Assembly (NCBI GenBank): GCA_018221105.1
Contig: JAAOYA010000001.1
Location: 114,812-178,811, forward strand
From: Candidatus Woesearchaeota archaeon
GTDB lineage: Archaea > Nanobdellota > Nanobdellia > Woesearchaeales > JAAOYA01
DNA: 64,000 nt
Reading direction: 5' to 3'
Part shown: positions 41,050 to 50,933 of the stretch, piece after piece
How the letters are laid out: each line of letters begins with the position of its first letter
Numbering within the stretch: the first letter of the stretch is position 1
Notes under the pieces: generated by a model
What the model saw: the letters and a program-made list of their open reading frames with translations, nothing else
What the model was told of the DNA's origin: nothing
Database searches by the model: none
Program-made: the position numbers and the translations under genes

Positions 41050-41895
41050 ATGGCACATGACGTTGGCGGACAAGCAATAATTGAAGGTGTGATGATAAAA
41101 ACACCAACTAATTACACTATTAGTGTTAGAAAACCGAAAGGCAATATTAAAACAATAAAAAAAAAGTATAAAAGCATCACAGAGCGAAAACCATTTCTGA
41201 AAAAACCATTCATTAGAGGATTATTTGTACTGTTTGAAAACTTGTTCATAGGAGTAAAAGCACTAACAATCAGCGCAAATGAAAGCATGGACGAAGAGAC
41301 AGAACAGTTCAGTGTTTGGGAGTTGATATTGACCATTAGTATTGCGGTAGCAGCAACAATACTATTGTTTGTTGTACTGCCATTTTTTATAGCAAAACTA
41401 TTTGCGAGCAACGGAGTATTATTCAATGCAATAGATAGTGTTGTCAGAGTGTTAGTTTTCATAGTATATATATTGGCGATTACGATGTTGCAAGATGTTA
41501 GGAGATTATTTATGTATCACGGTGCAGAACACAAAGCAATAAATTGTTATGAGCACAACTTACCATTAACACTTGCTAACACTAAAAAGTTCACAACAGT
41601 ACACCAGCGTTGTGGCACAAGCTTTCTTTTACTATTTGTGATACTTTCAATAATCATTTACTCTCTTATCCTGACTGAAGCCTGGTATTGGAACTTACTA
41701 TCAAGAATTTTATTATTACCTGTCATTGCAGGAGTCGCTTACGAGTTTTTAAAGTTTAGCGCTAGAAACAAGAGCAAAATAATTTATTACATTTCAATGC
41801 CTGGCTTGTGGTTGCAAAAACTTACAACTCGCCAGCCAACAGACGATCAAGTAATTGTAGCATTAACAGCATTAAAAACAGCAATAAAAAAATAA
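41050..41895 (+). CDS. DUF1385 family membrane protein
   Basis: VGGQA..EGVM, YHGAEHK.I, H.RCGTSF, LQKLTT..P. Confidence 0.9.
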   Translation: MAHDVGGQAIIEGVMIKTPTNYTISVRKPKGNIKTIKKKYKSITERKPFLKKPFIRGLFVLFENLFIGVKALTISANESMDEETEQFSVWELILTISIAVAATILLFVVLPFFIAKLFASNGVLFNAIDSVVRVLVFIVYILAITMLQDVRRLFMYHGAEHKAINCYEHNLPLTLANTKKFTTVHQRCGTSFLLLFVILSIIIYSLILTEAWYWNLLSRILLLPVIAGVAYEFLKFSARNKSKIIYYISMPGLWLQKLTTRQPTDDQVIVALTALKTAIKK

Positions 41896-41896
41896 A

Positions 41897-42883
41897 TTAT
41901 TTTAGATATTCTTCTTTAGCTTTCTCTAATCGCTTTGTGTGATTTTTAAGCCTAGAAATTTTTTGTTCCAATAATTGTGCAAGATCTATCGCACCATCTT
42001 TTTGCACGTCATCAAAGTATGTTCGCACACCATCAACAGTAAGTATTGCAAAATCCAACCCCTCGCAAAAAATACTCTTCTCATTAGCATGTAATATTGC
42101 GCCTCTTACTGCTTCAACAGCTTCATCAAGGGTTATCGGACGATTTACAAAACTTTCAATATCATCAATTGGTGACTGTGTACCGAACTTTTCTCTTAAA
42201 TGTTCAAGAGCAAAATTCTTGCCGGCACCATTTGCAGAGTATTCAGCTCTGTGAATTGTTCCAGTAACAGACACTTCGCCAAGTTGTGGTTGAGCAATCC
42301 CTCCAGGGCGCATCACAAGCCCATACAAGTATTCGCACAGTTCTGTGTTAAAATTGCGATCCCAAAGAGTATAAGAGTTTTGCCCAACACTAAAATCTTT
42401 TTTTTGTACAACTTGCAAGTCAACCATTCGCTTCAATTCAGGTACTAACTGGTCGCTTAAGCGTTGCGGCAAATCAAATGAAGAGCGGTAATCATTAATC
42501 AATCGTTTCATTGTTTCTTCATCAGGAGTTTCTACAGGAAAAAACAGTTTTTTTAGGTATTCATCATCAGCTAGGAAATCTTTAGGGCATAATAATAACT
42601 GACTTATTTTTTTGTGCGATTCATTATCAGTACCTGTTTGGGCCAGAATTGCCGGCAAGCCATGACTAATCTGTAGTTTTCTTCCAAGTGAGGTTTTCGC
42701 TTTGTCAAAACCATGTTTTTTAGCAAACCATAATATATCATCAATACCGAAGTCAGCATCATCATACACTAAATATTGTAGAATTCCGGCAATACTAGAA
42801 TATCCTTGTATTTGTAGCCTATCAGTACCTATAACTACTGCTCTTGGTTCTGTGTTGGTTTCAACGCCTACTATAACTGTCAT
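41897..42883 (-). CDS. Divergent proteasome beta/Ntn-hydrolase-like protein
   Basis: M-T-VIVGV, IGTDR, RKL, YSANGAG..A, TLDEAVEAV..AI..A, LDFAILTVDG. Confidence 0.65.
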   Translation of the reverse strand: MTVIVGVETNTEPRAVVIGTDRLQIQGYSSIAGILQYLVYDDADFGIDDILWFAKKHGFDKAKTSLGRKLQISHGLPAILAQTGTDNESHKKISQLLLCPKDFLADDEYLKKLFFPVETPDEETMKRLINDYRSSFDLPQRLSDQLVPELKRMVDLQVVQKKDFSVGQNSYTLWDRNFNTELCEYLYGLVMRPGGIAQPQLGEVSVTGTIHRAEYSANGAGKNFALEHLREKFGTQSPIDDIESFVNRPITLDEAVEAVRGAILHANEKSIFCEGLDFAILTVDGVRTYFDDVQKDGAIDLAQLLEQKISRLKNHTKRLEKAKEEYLK

Positions 42884-42915
42884 AAACGTTGAAGAAAAAA
42901 TTTATATAAAAAACT

Positions 42916-43344
42916 TTAGTGTAGTTCGTCGTCTACATTGCTTGTTTTTGGCCCAACAGGGCTTTCACGGTGGATGCTTGCAAAACTTGGTGTTACAACA
43001 ATCCAATCATCGCCAAAACCTGCAATGTCGCCTTCAACAGCGTCAGTTGTTTTCTTTATTTTGTTAATGGCACGTTTTAATTCTACCAAGTCTTGTTCTT
43101 TTAATGGTCGAATGTTCACGAGCGCTATTGTGTAACCTTCGCGCAAAGCATTGATCACAATTTTGCTATCATCATAATCGTTTAGCACGAATGGTCGAAC
43201 AATAATCTTAGAATCTGATAATCCTTCATTTTGAGTGTCTATTTCAACATATTTTTCTTGATCGTCAGCTGTCAAGTCAAATTCATCTTTTTTTGTAAAT
43301 GGTTTTGTTATTTTTTCCTTTAATTTTAAAAAAGCTCCCTTCAT
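42916..43344 (-). CDS. sepF: Cell division protein SepF
   Basis: ALREG.I.LVNI.PL, GDIAG.G.DWIVVTP; GGAGG SD. Confidence 0.9.
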   Translation of the reverse strand: MKGAFLKLKEKITKPFTKKDEFDLTADDQEKYVEIDTQNEGLSDSKIIVRPFVLNDYDDSKIVINALREGYTIALVNIRPLKEQDLVELKRAINKIKKTTDAVEGDIAGFGDDWIVVTPSFASIHRESPVGPKTSNVDDELH

Positions 43345-43458
43345 AGTAGTTGCCTCCAATTGTAGAGTGTATTGATTTGTCAGTACTCCAACCTATATAA
43401 ATATTTTGTTTTTTTGCCAGCGCAAAACTTATTAAGAAGTTAGCACAAACGCCTACAA

Positions 43459-44721
43459 ATGCAACGTTTAAAGACGATAACACTGATTGTGATGGTTTTA
43501 GTGCTTGCTTTTAGCGCGCAAGCAGGTCTTATAGAACAATATGATTACACAATTAACAATTCTTTAATTGATAGTGTTGAATGTCAAAAAACAGCTAGTG
43601 ACACTATAAACGTTCAAATAAACACAATAGAACAACTAGACGCTACCGTAACATTGTTTAGTATTAATAGCATTCTAGAACAAACTGTTAGCTTACAAGC
43701 AGGAGAGAATAATGTGTTATTTGATGTTGGTTTTTGTTCTTCAGAGCAAGACTTTGCTGTGCAAGTATCAAGTAATGATGTTATATTGTTTGAAAAACTT
43801 GATGTTTGCACAGTAAGTTTAGAGCAAAAAGTGTTTGTTGACAAAATAGTATTGTCAAATGTTGATGGTCTTGTAGCAAACACTACAATAACACTACTCG
43901 TTAATTCGCCAAAAAAACAAACAATCAACTCAATATTATACGTTGGCACTGTGCCAGTGCGACAAACGCTTGATTTAGAACAAGGAACTAACAATATATT
44001 ATTCAATATTGACGCTGCCACACTAGCAAGAGCGCAAGAACTAATAATTACTGGAATAGAATTAGACAATACCTATGTTGAATTAAACAAGAAATTAGGT
44101 TTCAATCATGAAGACTTATCATATTATCAATTGAAAAACTATCAGTCTAGTATCCTAAATAATCAATTACAAATTTCTGTTGATACTGTAGTGTTAGAGC
44201 CTGCAACTTACACAGTAGAACTGTTCTTATATGATATATTCGACCAATTTATCGCAAGTAAAATAATAACAACCAATATCGAAACTGATAAACAATTAAA
44301 CTTTCAATTCGAAAATACCGCTTTCGAAGACGAATTAATAACGGGTCCCTACACTGTTAAACTAGCACGCTTGACAAAAAATGATATTATATTATTAGAT
44401 CAAACCAACATTTTTACCACTGCACTTTTCAAGCCTATACTAACAGCCCAACAAAACGCTAGTATTGGTTCTTCAAGCACTACTTCTTTTAGCTCACCAA
44501 CAATAACGCTACAACAACCAATAGAAGCTGTTGAGCAAGCACCAAACAAAACAATCAACCGAAAGTACGTATCATTTGAGCAAACACAGAAAACACAATA
44601 CAATATCACGACAAAAACTGTAAAAACTGATTATGATATTACAAGCATCACGCTAGGAATAATGCTATTAATAGGGGTTCTTGTTGCAGGAATACTATTG
44701 TATTCATTCTTGCTAGAATAA
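43459..44721 (+). CDS. Exported surface protein with C-terminal membrane anchor
   Basis: Signal peptide (SAQA), beta-rich body, S/T linker, terminal TM. Confidence 0.7.
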   Translation: MQRLKTITLIVMVLVLAFSAQAGLIEQYDYTINNSLIDSVECQKTASDTINVQINTIEQLDATVTLFSINSILEQTVSLQAGENNVLFDVGFCSSEQDFAVQVSSNDVILFEKLDVCTVSLEQKVFVDKIVLSNVDGLVANTTITLLVNSPKKQTINSILYVGTVPVRQTLDLEQGTNNILFNIDAATLARAQELIITGIELDNTYVELNKKLGFNHEDLSYYQLKNYQSSILNNQLQISVDTVVLEPATYTVELFLYDIFDQFIASKIITTNIETDKQLNFQFENTAFEDELITGPYTVKLARLTKNDIILLDQTNIFTTALFKPILTAQQNASIGSSSTTSFSSPTITLQQPIEAVEQAPNKTINRKYVSFEQTQKTQYNITTKTVKTDYDITSITLGIMLLIGVLVAGILLYSFLLE

Positions 44722-44758
44722 CAAAAAATTTAATAATACCTCAACTAATAATCATGTC

Positions 44759-44941
44759 ATGCCAGAGCAACCATACATTATTAGAGAGCCCTCAGCAGAA
44801 GACTTAGCTCCAACAGAAGAAGAAAAAGCATTCATTGAAGGGTTACTACTATGGGAAGAAAGTTCTGAAAGAGATGTTGCCAGGTGGATTGACGAATTTA
44901 ACATACGAGACCACAAGCGAATGAAAAGAATCTACAAATAA
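44759..44941 (+). CDS. Small acidic hypothetical protein
   Basis: 60 aa ORF with TATA-like upstream. Confidence 0.45.
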   Translation: MPEQPYIIREPSAEDLAPTEEEKAFIEGLLLWEESSERDVARWIDEFNIRDHKRMKRIYK

Positions 44942-44973
44942 TTATTTAAATAAACAACAGTTTCGCAAATTCT

Positions 44974-45960
44974 ATGACAATGTTACCTTTTGAAAAAATC
45001 AAACGCGAAGTGTTAGTGCGCAAACCAGCTAAAACTAGTAGTGCGCATGGCGTTGACCCTTTTAATAGGCCTGTTGAACAATTAATCAATTATGGCGTTG
45101 TAAACATTGACAAGCCAAAAGGCCCGACAAGCCATCAAGTTAGTGATTACACTAAAAAAATTTTAGGATTAAAAAAAGCAGGCCATTCAGGAACATTAGA
45201 CCCTAATGTTACAGGAGTACTAGCTATAGCATTAGGTGATGCTACAAGAGTCGTACAACTGTTACTTACTGCTGGAAAAGAATATGTATGCTTGATGCAC
45301 TTGCACAAACCAGTGCAGGAAGCTAAAATCAGAAGTGTTTTTGACGAGTTCACTGGAAACATATTGCAATTACCTCCTATAAAAAGCGCTGTAAAAAGGC
45401 AATGGCGCAATAGAAAAGTCTACTATAGTAAAATAATTGATGTAATAGAACAAGATGTGTTGTTTAAGGTTGGAACGCAAGCAGGAACATATATTCGTAA
45501 ACTAGTCCATGACATGGGACAAAAACTAGGCGTTGGAGCTCACATGGCAGAACTACGAAGGACGAAAGCAGGACCCTTCAACGAAGATACAATTGTAACA
45601 CTTCAAGATTTAAGCGATGCATACCATTACTATAAAACAGAAAATAATGAAAAATTAATTCGCAAAATTGTACAACCAGTAGAAGCTGCCATTGAGCACA
45701 TACCGAAAGTATGGGTTTTAGACAGCACTGTTGACACGTTGTGCCATGGTGCAAGCCTAAAAGCGCCAGGCATCTCGAAAGTCGAGACTGAAATAGCCAT
45801 TGACGAAGAAGTAGCAGTGTTAACACTCAAAGGAGAACTAGTAGGTTATGGCATTGCAAAAATGACCAGCAAAGAGTTACAGACTAGCGAGCGCGGAATA
45901 GCAGTCAAAGTTAGCAAAGTTTTTATGAAGCCAGGCACTTACCCAAAAATAGAAAAATGA
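44974..45960 (+). CDS. cbf5: H/ACA RNA-guided pseudouridine synthase Cbf5
   Basis: DKP.GPTSHQV, GHSGTLDP, GTYIRKL, PUA domain. Confidence 0.97.
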   Translation: MTMLPFEKIKREVLVRKPAKTSSAHGVDPFNRPVEQLINYGVVNIDKPKGPTSHQVSDYTKKILGLKKAGHSGTLDPNVTGVLAIALGDATRVVQLLLTAGKEYVCLMHLHKPVQEAKIRSVFDEFTGNILQLPPIKSAVKRQWRNRKVYYSKIIDVIEQDVLFKVGTQAGTYIRKLVHDMGQKLGVGAHMAELRRTKAGPFNEDTIVTLQDLSDAYHYYKTENNEKLIRKIVQPVEAAIEHIPKVWVLDSTVDTLCHGASLKAPGISKVETEIAIDEEVAVLTLKGELVGYGIAKMTSKELQTSERGIAVKVSKVFMKPGTYPKIEK

Positions 45961-46194
45961 TTATCGAGTAATATATTCTATAACAGAAAAAATTCCAGAG
46001 CCTACCATAGATTGGTATGCTAGAACTGTTCCGGCTGATAGTTCATTGATAATGCTGTTTTTTGAGCCTAATCTTTTAATAAAATGTCGTTGTCCAACAA
46101 CAGGCACTGTCATCAACACAAGACTAAGATAATTATTATGTTGTTTTTTTGATTCTTCTAAAAGAACATTTTCTAAAACTAATTCTTCTTCCAT
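45961..46194 (-). CDS. Small hypothetical protein
   Basis: 77 aa ORF with TTTTATATAAC promoter. Confidence 0.5.
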   Translation of the reverse strand: MEEELVLENVLLEESKKQHNNYLSLVLMTVPVVGQRHFIKRLGSKNSIINELSAGTVLAYQSMVGSGIFSVIEYITR

Positions 46195-46225
46195 AATGCA
46201 AGAAAATAAATGTTATATAAAAAGT

Positions 46226-47536
46226 TTATACCCAGTTGACTTTTAGAAAGTGTGTTGAACAACTAAAGCACGGGTCATAACTTCTGATAAGCTTTTCTAT
46301 TTCTAGTACTAGTTTGTCATTGGACATTTTTTGTTGTGCTAGTAAGAATTCTACGTAGCCTTTGATGTCTTGTTCCATATTGCTAAGATTTTGCGCTGTT
46401 GGTGTTATAATGTTAGCGCGGATAACACGACCTTCTCGATCGAATTCGTACTCGTGAAATAATAGTCCGCGTGGCGCTTCAGTCACTGCGATGCCGTGGC
46501 CGGCTTTTACATTGACTTCTGGCAGTCCTTCAAATATGAAATCGTTCTCACTTAATAGTAATATGGCTCTTTCAATCCAATGTACAAGTTCTAGTGCTTG
46601 TGCGTAATTATTAATGAAAGGATTTTGTGATGGTATAGCGTGCTTTCCCTTAAGCAAAATTTTCTTTGCTGTAGGACTTAAAGCGTCAAGGTTTGTGTTT
46701 AATCGTGAAAGTGCTCCTACCATATATTCTTTTCCTTGTTTTGTTGCAAACTTGCTTGTGGCGTAAGGTTCTAATCGTTCTGTAACATAATCATTATAGT
46801 TTTCTTGAGGGCTACTGTGACCCCAATCACTTACTATTGTGCCTTCTAACAAACTGATTTTTTTGTCTTGGTATAATGCCATATGTTCGCACTCGCGCTC
46901 AAAAGCAGGATATTCAATTTTTGAAAATAGTTCTGCTGTTTTGATGGCTTGTGGTAGGGCTTCTTTTAAATTATCTAAGAGCATTTTTTTCTCGTCTTTA
47001 TCAGGTACTTTTGTAAATCCTCCAACTATGCATGTTACAGGGTGCATTTCTCGCCCACCAATTGTTTCTGCCATTACATTTCCTACTTTCATAAGCTGTA
47101 ATGCTCTATTGACTTCTGTTTTGTACTTTGCGGCCATTGCAATGGCGCTTTCAAAGCCAAGGTAGTCTGGCAGCGCTAAAAAGTATAAGTGTGTGGCATG
47201 ACTTCTGACGCGCTCAGCAATCGATAATAGTTCTCGCAGGATTTGTGTTTGTTCACTGACTGGCACGTCCATTGCCCGTTCTATTGCTTTTAAGCATGTC
47301 ATGTTGTGTGCTACCGAGCATATGCCGCAAATTCTGGAAGTTATCTCATTAATTTCATCGTATAATCTGTCACGAACTAATCCTTCAAAATAGCGTGCGC
47401 CTTCAATCGCGTTTAATCGACAAACTTTTACTTTGCCATTAACTATTTTCAAGTCTAGCGCTCCGTGACCTTCTACTTTACACAAGTGGTTGAGAGTGAT
47501 TTTTTTGGATTGTTTGAGAGTTTTTTTCTTTGCCAT
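46226..47536 (-). CDS. hydA: Group 3b NiFe-hydrogenase large (alpha) subunit
   Basis: KVEGHG, L1 RICGICSVAH, EAPRG.L.H, L2 DPCFSCSTH plus cleavable tail. Confidence 0.95.
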   Translation of the reverse strand: MAKKKTLKQSKKITLNHLCKVEGHGALDLKIVNGKVKVCRLNAIEGARYFEGLVRDRLYDEINEITSRICGICSVAHNMTCLKAIERAMDVPVSEQTQILRELLSIAERVRSHATHLYFLALPDYLGFESAIAMAAKYKTEVNRALQLMKVGNVMAETIGGREMHPVTCIVGGFTKVPDKDEKKMLLDNLKEALPQAIKTAELFSKIEYPAFERECEHMALYQDKKISLLEGTIVSDWGHSSPQENYNDYVTERLEPYATSKFATKQGKEYMVGALSRLNTNLDALSPTAKKILLKGKHAIPSQNPFINNYAQALELVHWIERAILLLSENDFIFEGLPEVNVKAGHGIAVTEAPRGLLFHEYEFDREGRVIRANIITPTAQNLSNMEQDIKGYVEFLLAQQKMSNDKLVLEIEKLIRSYDPCFSCSTHFLKVNWV

Positions 47537-47537
47537 T

Positions 47538-48362
47538 TTATTCTCCTAAGTGTTTGTCTTTGATGCCGTGCATGTCATAACAACAGTGTGCTTCGTCGTG
47601 GTGCTCGCGGCTTTCAGGTGTGTCGATGAGTTTTTCAAATGCTAGTCCTGCGTATTTGTTTAATCGTTCTTTTGCTAGTTCTACACTAATACCTTTTTCT
47701 AATAATAAGTCAAAGTATGATTGTATGTTGGCGTCAGGTATTGGTCCGCGACAGCCTGTGCACGAGTGATTGACGCTTGGGCATAGTGCTTCACACCCAC
47801 CGTTGATTACTGGTCCCATGCATTCGCGTCCAAGTTCTAGCAAGCAATTGTTTTCTTTTAGGCTGCACTCGTGACATACTGGGTTTGGATTTTCGCGAAT
47901 TTTTTTGCCAAGCAGCACGTCTTTTAATATTGTTGTTATTTCATCGCGGTTTGGCGGGCAACCAACTATTTTAGCGTCAACAGTGACGTGCTCTGTCAGT
48001 GGTGTTGGTTTAACACTTTTGAGATGGTTTGTTTTTGCGTATGGACTGTGCACTATTTTATCATCAATAAAGTTTTTGATTGCTGGAGTGCAACCGTGAC
48101 TTGCACAAGCTCCTAGGGCGATTAAAACTTTGCTTTTCTTGCGCCACTCCACTAGTTTTTTTTTATCGTTTTGGTTTGCCACTAGTCCTTCGACAAACAA
48201 TATATCATAAGGCCCGTCAGAATTCTTGCTTTTTATCATTGGAGCGGCCACTAAATCAATAACTCCTAAGATGTCTAATAGTATGTCGCGTATAAAATAG
48301 ATTGTTAATTGGCAGCCGGCGCAACCAGTGATGCTTTGAATTCCTACTTTATACTTTTTCAT
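47538..48362 (-). CDS. hydD: NiFe-hydrogenase small (delta) subunit
   Basis: GCAGC, GACA, GCPP, VC.EC...CLL...C.G...C...CP...C.GC.G. Confidence 0.93.
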   Translation of the reverse strand: MKKYKVGIQSITGCAGCQLTIYFIRDILLDILGVIDLVAAPMIKSKNSDGPYDILFVEGLVANQNDKKKLVEWRKKSKVLIALGACASHGCTPAIKNFIDDKIVHSPYAKTNHLKSVKPTPLTEHVTVDAKIVGCPPNRDEITTILKDVLLGKKIRENPNPVCHECSLKENNCLLELGRECMGPVINGGCEALCPSVNHSCTGCRGPIPDANIQSYFDLLLEKGISVELAKERLNKYAGLAFEKLIDTPESREHHDEAHCCYDMHGIKDKHLGE

Positions 48363-48363
48363 T

Positions 48364-49158
48364 TTACTCGTCAATTATATGCTTTATTTTGTCATAGCGA
48401 AACACTGGACCGTCACAACACACATACTTTTCTTGTACCATGCAATGGCCGCATTTGCCTGTGCCGCATTTCATGTGGCGCTCTAGCGAAACATACAATT
48501 GGTCTTCGTTAAAACCCTTAGTTTTTAGTACTTCTATGCACTTGTTGATCATCACTGGCGGTCCGCACAACGCTACAATTTTTTGTTTGTTGTCAATTGT
48601 TGATTTTTCTAATAATTGTGGCACAAATCCTACAGGACCATTCCAACCTTTTTCTTTCTTGTCAACTGTTAAGTTTACCTTGCACTCTTTTTGCCACTCT
48701 TTAATGTCTTGTTTCATCAAAATATCTTTTGGGCAGCGAAAACCAAAAAAGAATTCTAATCCTTTATATTTTTCAGGGTTTGCTTGCACGTATTTTGCAA
48801 CACCCCTAACTGGAGCTACTCCTGTGCCGCCCCCAATGATTATTACTTGATTATTTTCAAACCATTGCATAGGATAACCTGTGCCGTAAGGTCCTCGCAA
48901 GTGCAATTTGTCACCTTTGTTTAATTTGCAAAGAGCTTTTGTCACGTCTCCAACATCTCGAATTAACATTTCTAAATAATCGTCCTCGAACGACGCAACA
49001 CTTATTGGAGCTTCACCTATCGCTGGCGCCCAAACTTGAAAGAATTGTCCTGGCAAATACTTCAATCCAGGAGTTTTTAATCGAAATAAGTAAATACCTT
49101 CACATTCTTTTTGTTTACTTTCTATAACGTATGGTTTTGTCTCTAGTGTTTTTGTCAT
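48364..49158 (-). CDS. hydG: Hydrogenase gamma subunit (FAD/NAD(P)-binding, 2Fe-2S)
   Basis: PGQF, RGPYG, GGGTGVAP, CGPP.M, MKCG.GKCGHC, CCDGPVF. Confidence 0.93.
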   Translation of the reverse strand: MTKTLETKPYVIESKQKECEGIYLFRLKTPGLKYLPGQFFQVWAPAIGEAPISVASFEDDYLEMLIRDVGDVTKALCKLNKGDKLHLRGPYGTGYPMQWFENNQVIIIGGGTGVAPVRGVAKYVQANPEKYKGLEFFFGFRCPKDILMKQDIKEWQKECKVNLTVDKKEKGWNGPVGFVPQLLEKSTIDNKQKIVALCGPPVMINKCIEVLKTKGFNEDQLYVSLERHMKCGTGKCGHCMVQEKYVCCDGPVFRYDKIKHIIDE

Positions 49159-50093
49159 TTTAGTTCATTGATTGTTTTTGGCCAGTCAATAGTTTTAGGA
49201 CAGTGCTTTATGCAACGACCACAACCGGTGCACATGTGAGAGCCGTATTTTTCGGCAAAGTATTGTATTTTGTGAAACACGAAATGTCTAAAACGATTAA
49301 ATCGTGCTTCTCGAAACACGTGACCTCCTGCAACTGTTGTGAAATTTTTAAGTTGACACGAATCCCATTTTCTGACTCGCTCACCATTTTTTAGTGTTAT
49401 ATCAACAACGTCAGTGACATCAAAACATAAACAATTAGGGCATACCATTGAGCAGCGTGAACAACTAAGACAATTTTGTCTGTCTTTGTGCCAGTGCTTC
49501 TCATCAAGATAGGCTCTGATGTTGTGTTTGTTTAGCGCTCTAGTGCTTGGATAAATATCTGGCAAAGTCTCTTGCGCATCTTTTAAGTTTTTAACTAGTC
49601 GCTGTCCTTTCTCAGTTCCAATATCAACATAAAAATAGTCTCCTTTATCGACAAATAACAAATCATAGTGTCCAATGTCGTTCATGCTTTTGCAAAAAGC
49701 ATACTCGTTGCAAGATTCACTGCAAGCTAAAGCCATCAAAACAGTATTTTCACGTCGTGTTTTATAGTCCTCGTCAGGGTAATCGTTGAGGTACAATTGA
49801 TCTGTTTTTAACAAACTATTAGTATCACAAAGTCGCGCACCAAAAATAACAGTTTTTTTAGGCGTCTCAACTCCTAACAATTTGGCACCCTTAAATTTTA
49901 GTATAGGATTTTTTGGCGGCACAAAAAACTTTTTAATTCCAAAAGTTGGATTGCCCTCAAAACAGATTTCTCCAGCATCTTCTATTTCTTGAAATCGCAA
50001 CATGTCAGTAATAACAGGCCCTACTAGAATTCCGCCTTTAGAAGAATTTTTTAGAAATTTATCTAAACCCTCTTTTTCCAACCTCTTTCCCAT
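49155..50093 (-). CDS. hydB: Hydrogenase beta subunit (4Fe-4S dicluster, AsrA-like)
   Basis: CLSCSRCSMVCPNC.CF, R.WDSC, CTGCGRC...CP. Confidence 0.92.
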   Translation of the reverse strand: MGKRLEKEGLDKFLKNSSKGGILVGPVITDMLRFQEIEDAGEICFEGNPTFGIKKFFVPPKNPILKFKGAKLLGVETPKKTVIFGARLCDTNSLLKTDQLYLNDYPDEDYKTRRENTVLMALACSESCNEYAFCKSMNDIGHYDLLFVDKGDYFYVDIGTEKGQRLVKNLKDAQETLPDIYPSTRALNKHNIRAYLDEKHWHKDRQNCLSCSRCSMVCPNCLCFDVTDVVDITLKNGERVRKWDSCQLKNFTTVAGGHVFREARFNRFRHFVFHKIQYFAEKYGSHMCTGCGRCIKHCPKTIDWPKTINELK

Positions 50094-50180
50094 GACGATA
50101 AAAAATACAATAGAGGTATTTAAAGGTTTGCAAAACAACATTGCACAATATTATTATATAACTTTTTTATTCTGGTATCG

Positions 50181-50933
50181 ATGAAAGTCGAAAGTGTTGA
50201 TGATTCATTTAGTACTACTTTTTCCCTGAGTCCTGAGGAACAACAGCTGTACCAACAATTTAGGCAAAAACATGACAATTATGTTTCTGGCTTTGAAAAT
50301 TTTGTAGAGGATGAAAAAGAAAAAAAACAAATAGAAATAGAACAAGACTTTGCAAAACTGATCAGACCTTACTTTAAACAACATGGTTTGAAGATAGTAA
50401 CAGTATTTCCATCTTTTAGTATTGATAGGCTAGTAAGTGTTAATACGCCGGCATACCGTTTATTTGATGACGACGAACCTTTTGACATAGGATACAAAGT
50501 TAGTTTCATGTTTAATACTTCCGCGGAGCGCTTAAAATGTCACGGCCAACTATACAGAAAAAGTAAGAATCCCAGAGAGAAAGACGAGGATCCAGTAATA
50601 AAAGACATATTAACTAAAATCTACAATGAAAAACAACAAGACGGACTAACAAATCCAAAACTGTCTGTCGAAGGTATTATGAGTTTTGCATCAACAGATT
50701 TTGCAGTACCTTTAATGCAAATGATTAAAACTTTTTTATCACGTTTAGGAAAAGATTCAATCAAAGAACTAGAAGTACTTTACTGGGAATGGCTAGCTAG
50801 GTGGGCACAGGATAAACGTGACGGCCTTGAGAGTGTTCAACAAAGAGTTTTCAAAAAAGCATATGATAACATGCTAGAGTTAGAATTGAAAAGTGTTGGA
50901 TTGTTAGAACACAAGTTAAACGTTGTGATTTAG
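50181..50933 (+). CDS. Hypothetical protein inserted antisense in the hydrogenase cluster
   Basis: 250 aa ORF with own TATA. Confidence 0.6.
   Translation: MKVESVDDSFSTTFSLSPEEQQLYQQFRQKHDNYVSGFENFVEDEKEKKQIEIEQDFAKLIRPYFKQHGLKIVTVFPSFSIDRLVSVNTPAYRLFDDDEPFDIGYKVSFMFNTSAERLKCHGQLYRKSKNPREKDEDPVIKDILTKIYNEKQQDGLTNPKLSVEGIMSFASTDFAVPLMQMIKTFLSRLGKDSIKELEVLYWEWLARWAQDKRDGLESVQQRVFKKAYDNMLELELKSVGLLEHKLNVVI

Noticed and set aside
46226..47536. NiFeSe hydrogenase or recoded stop
   Set aside because: L2 motif has ordinary Cys codons (DPCFSC); no in-frame TGA
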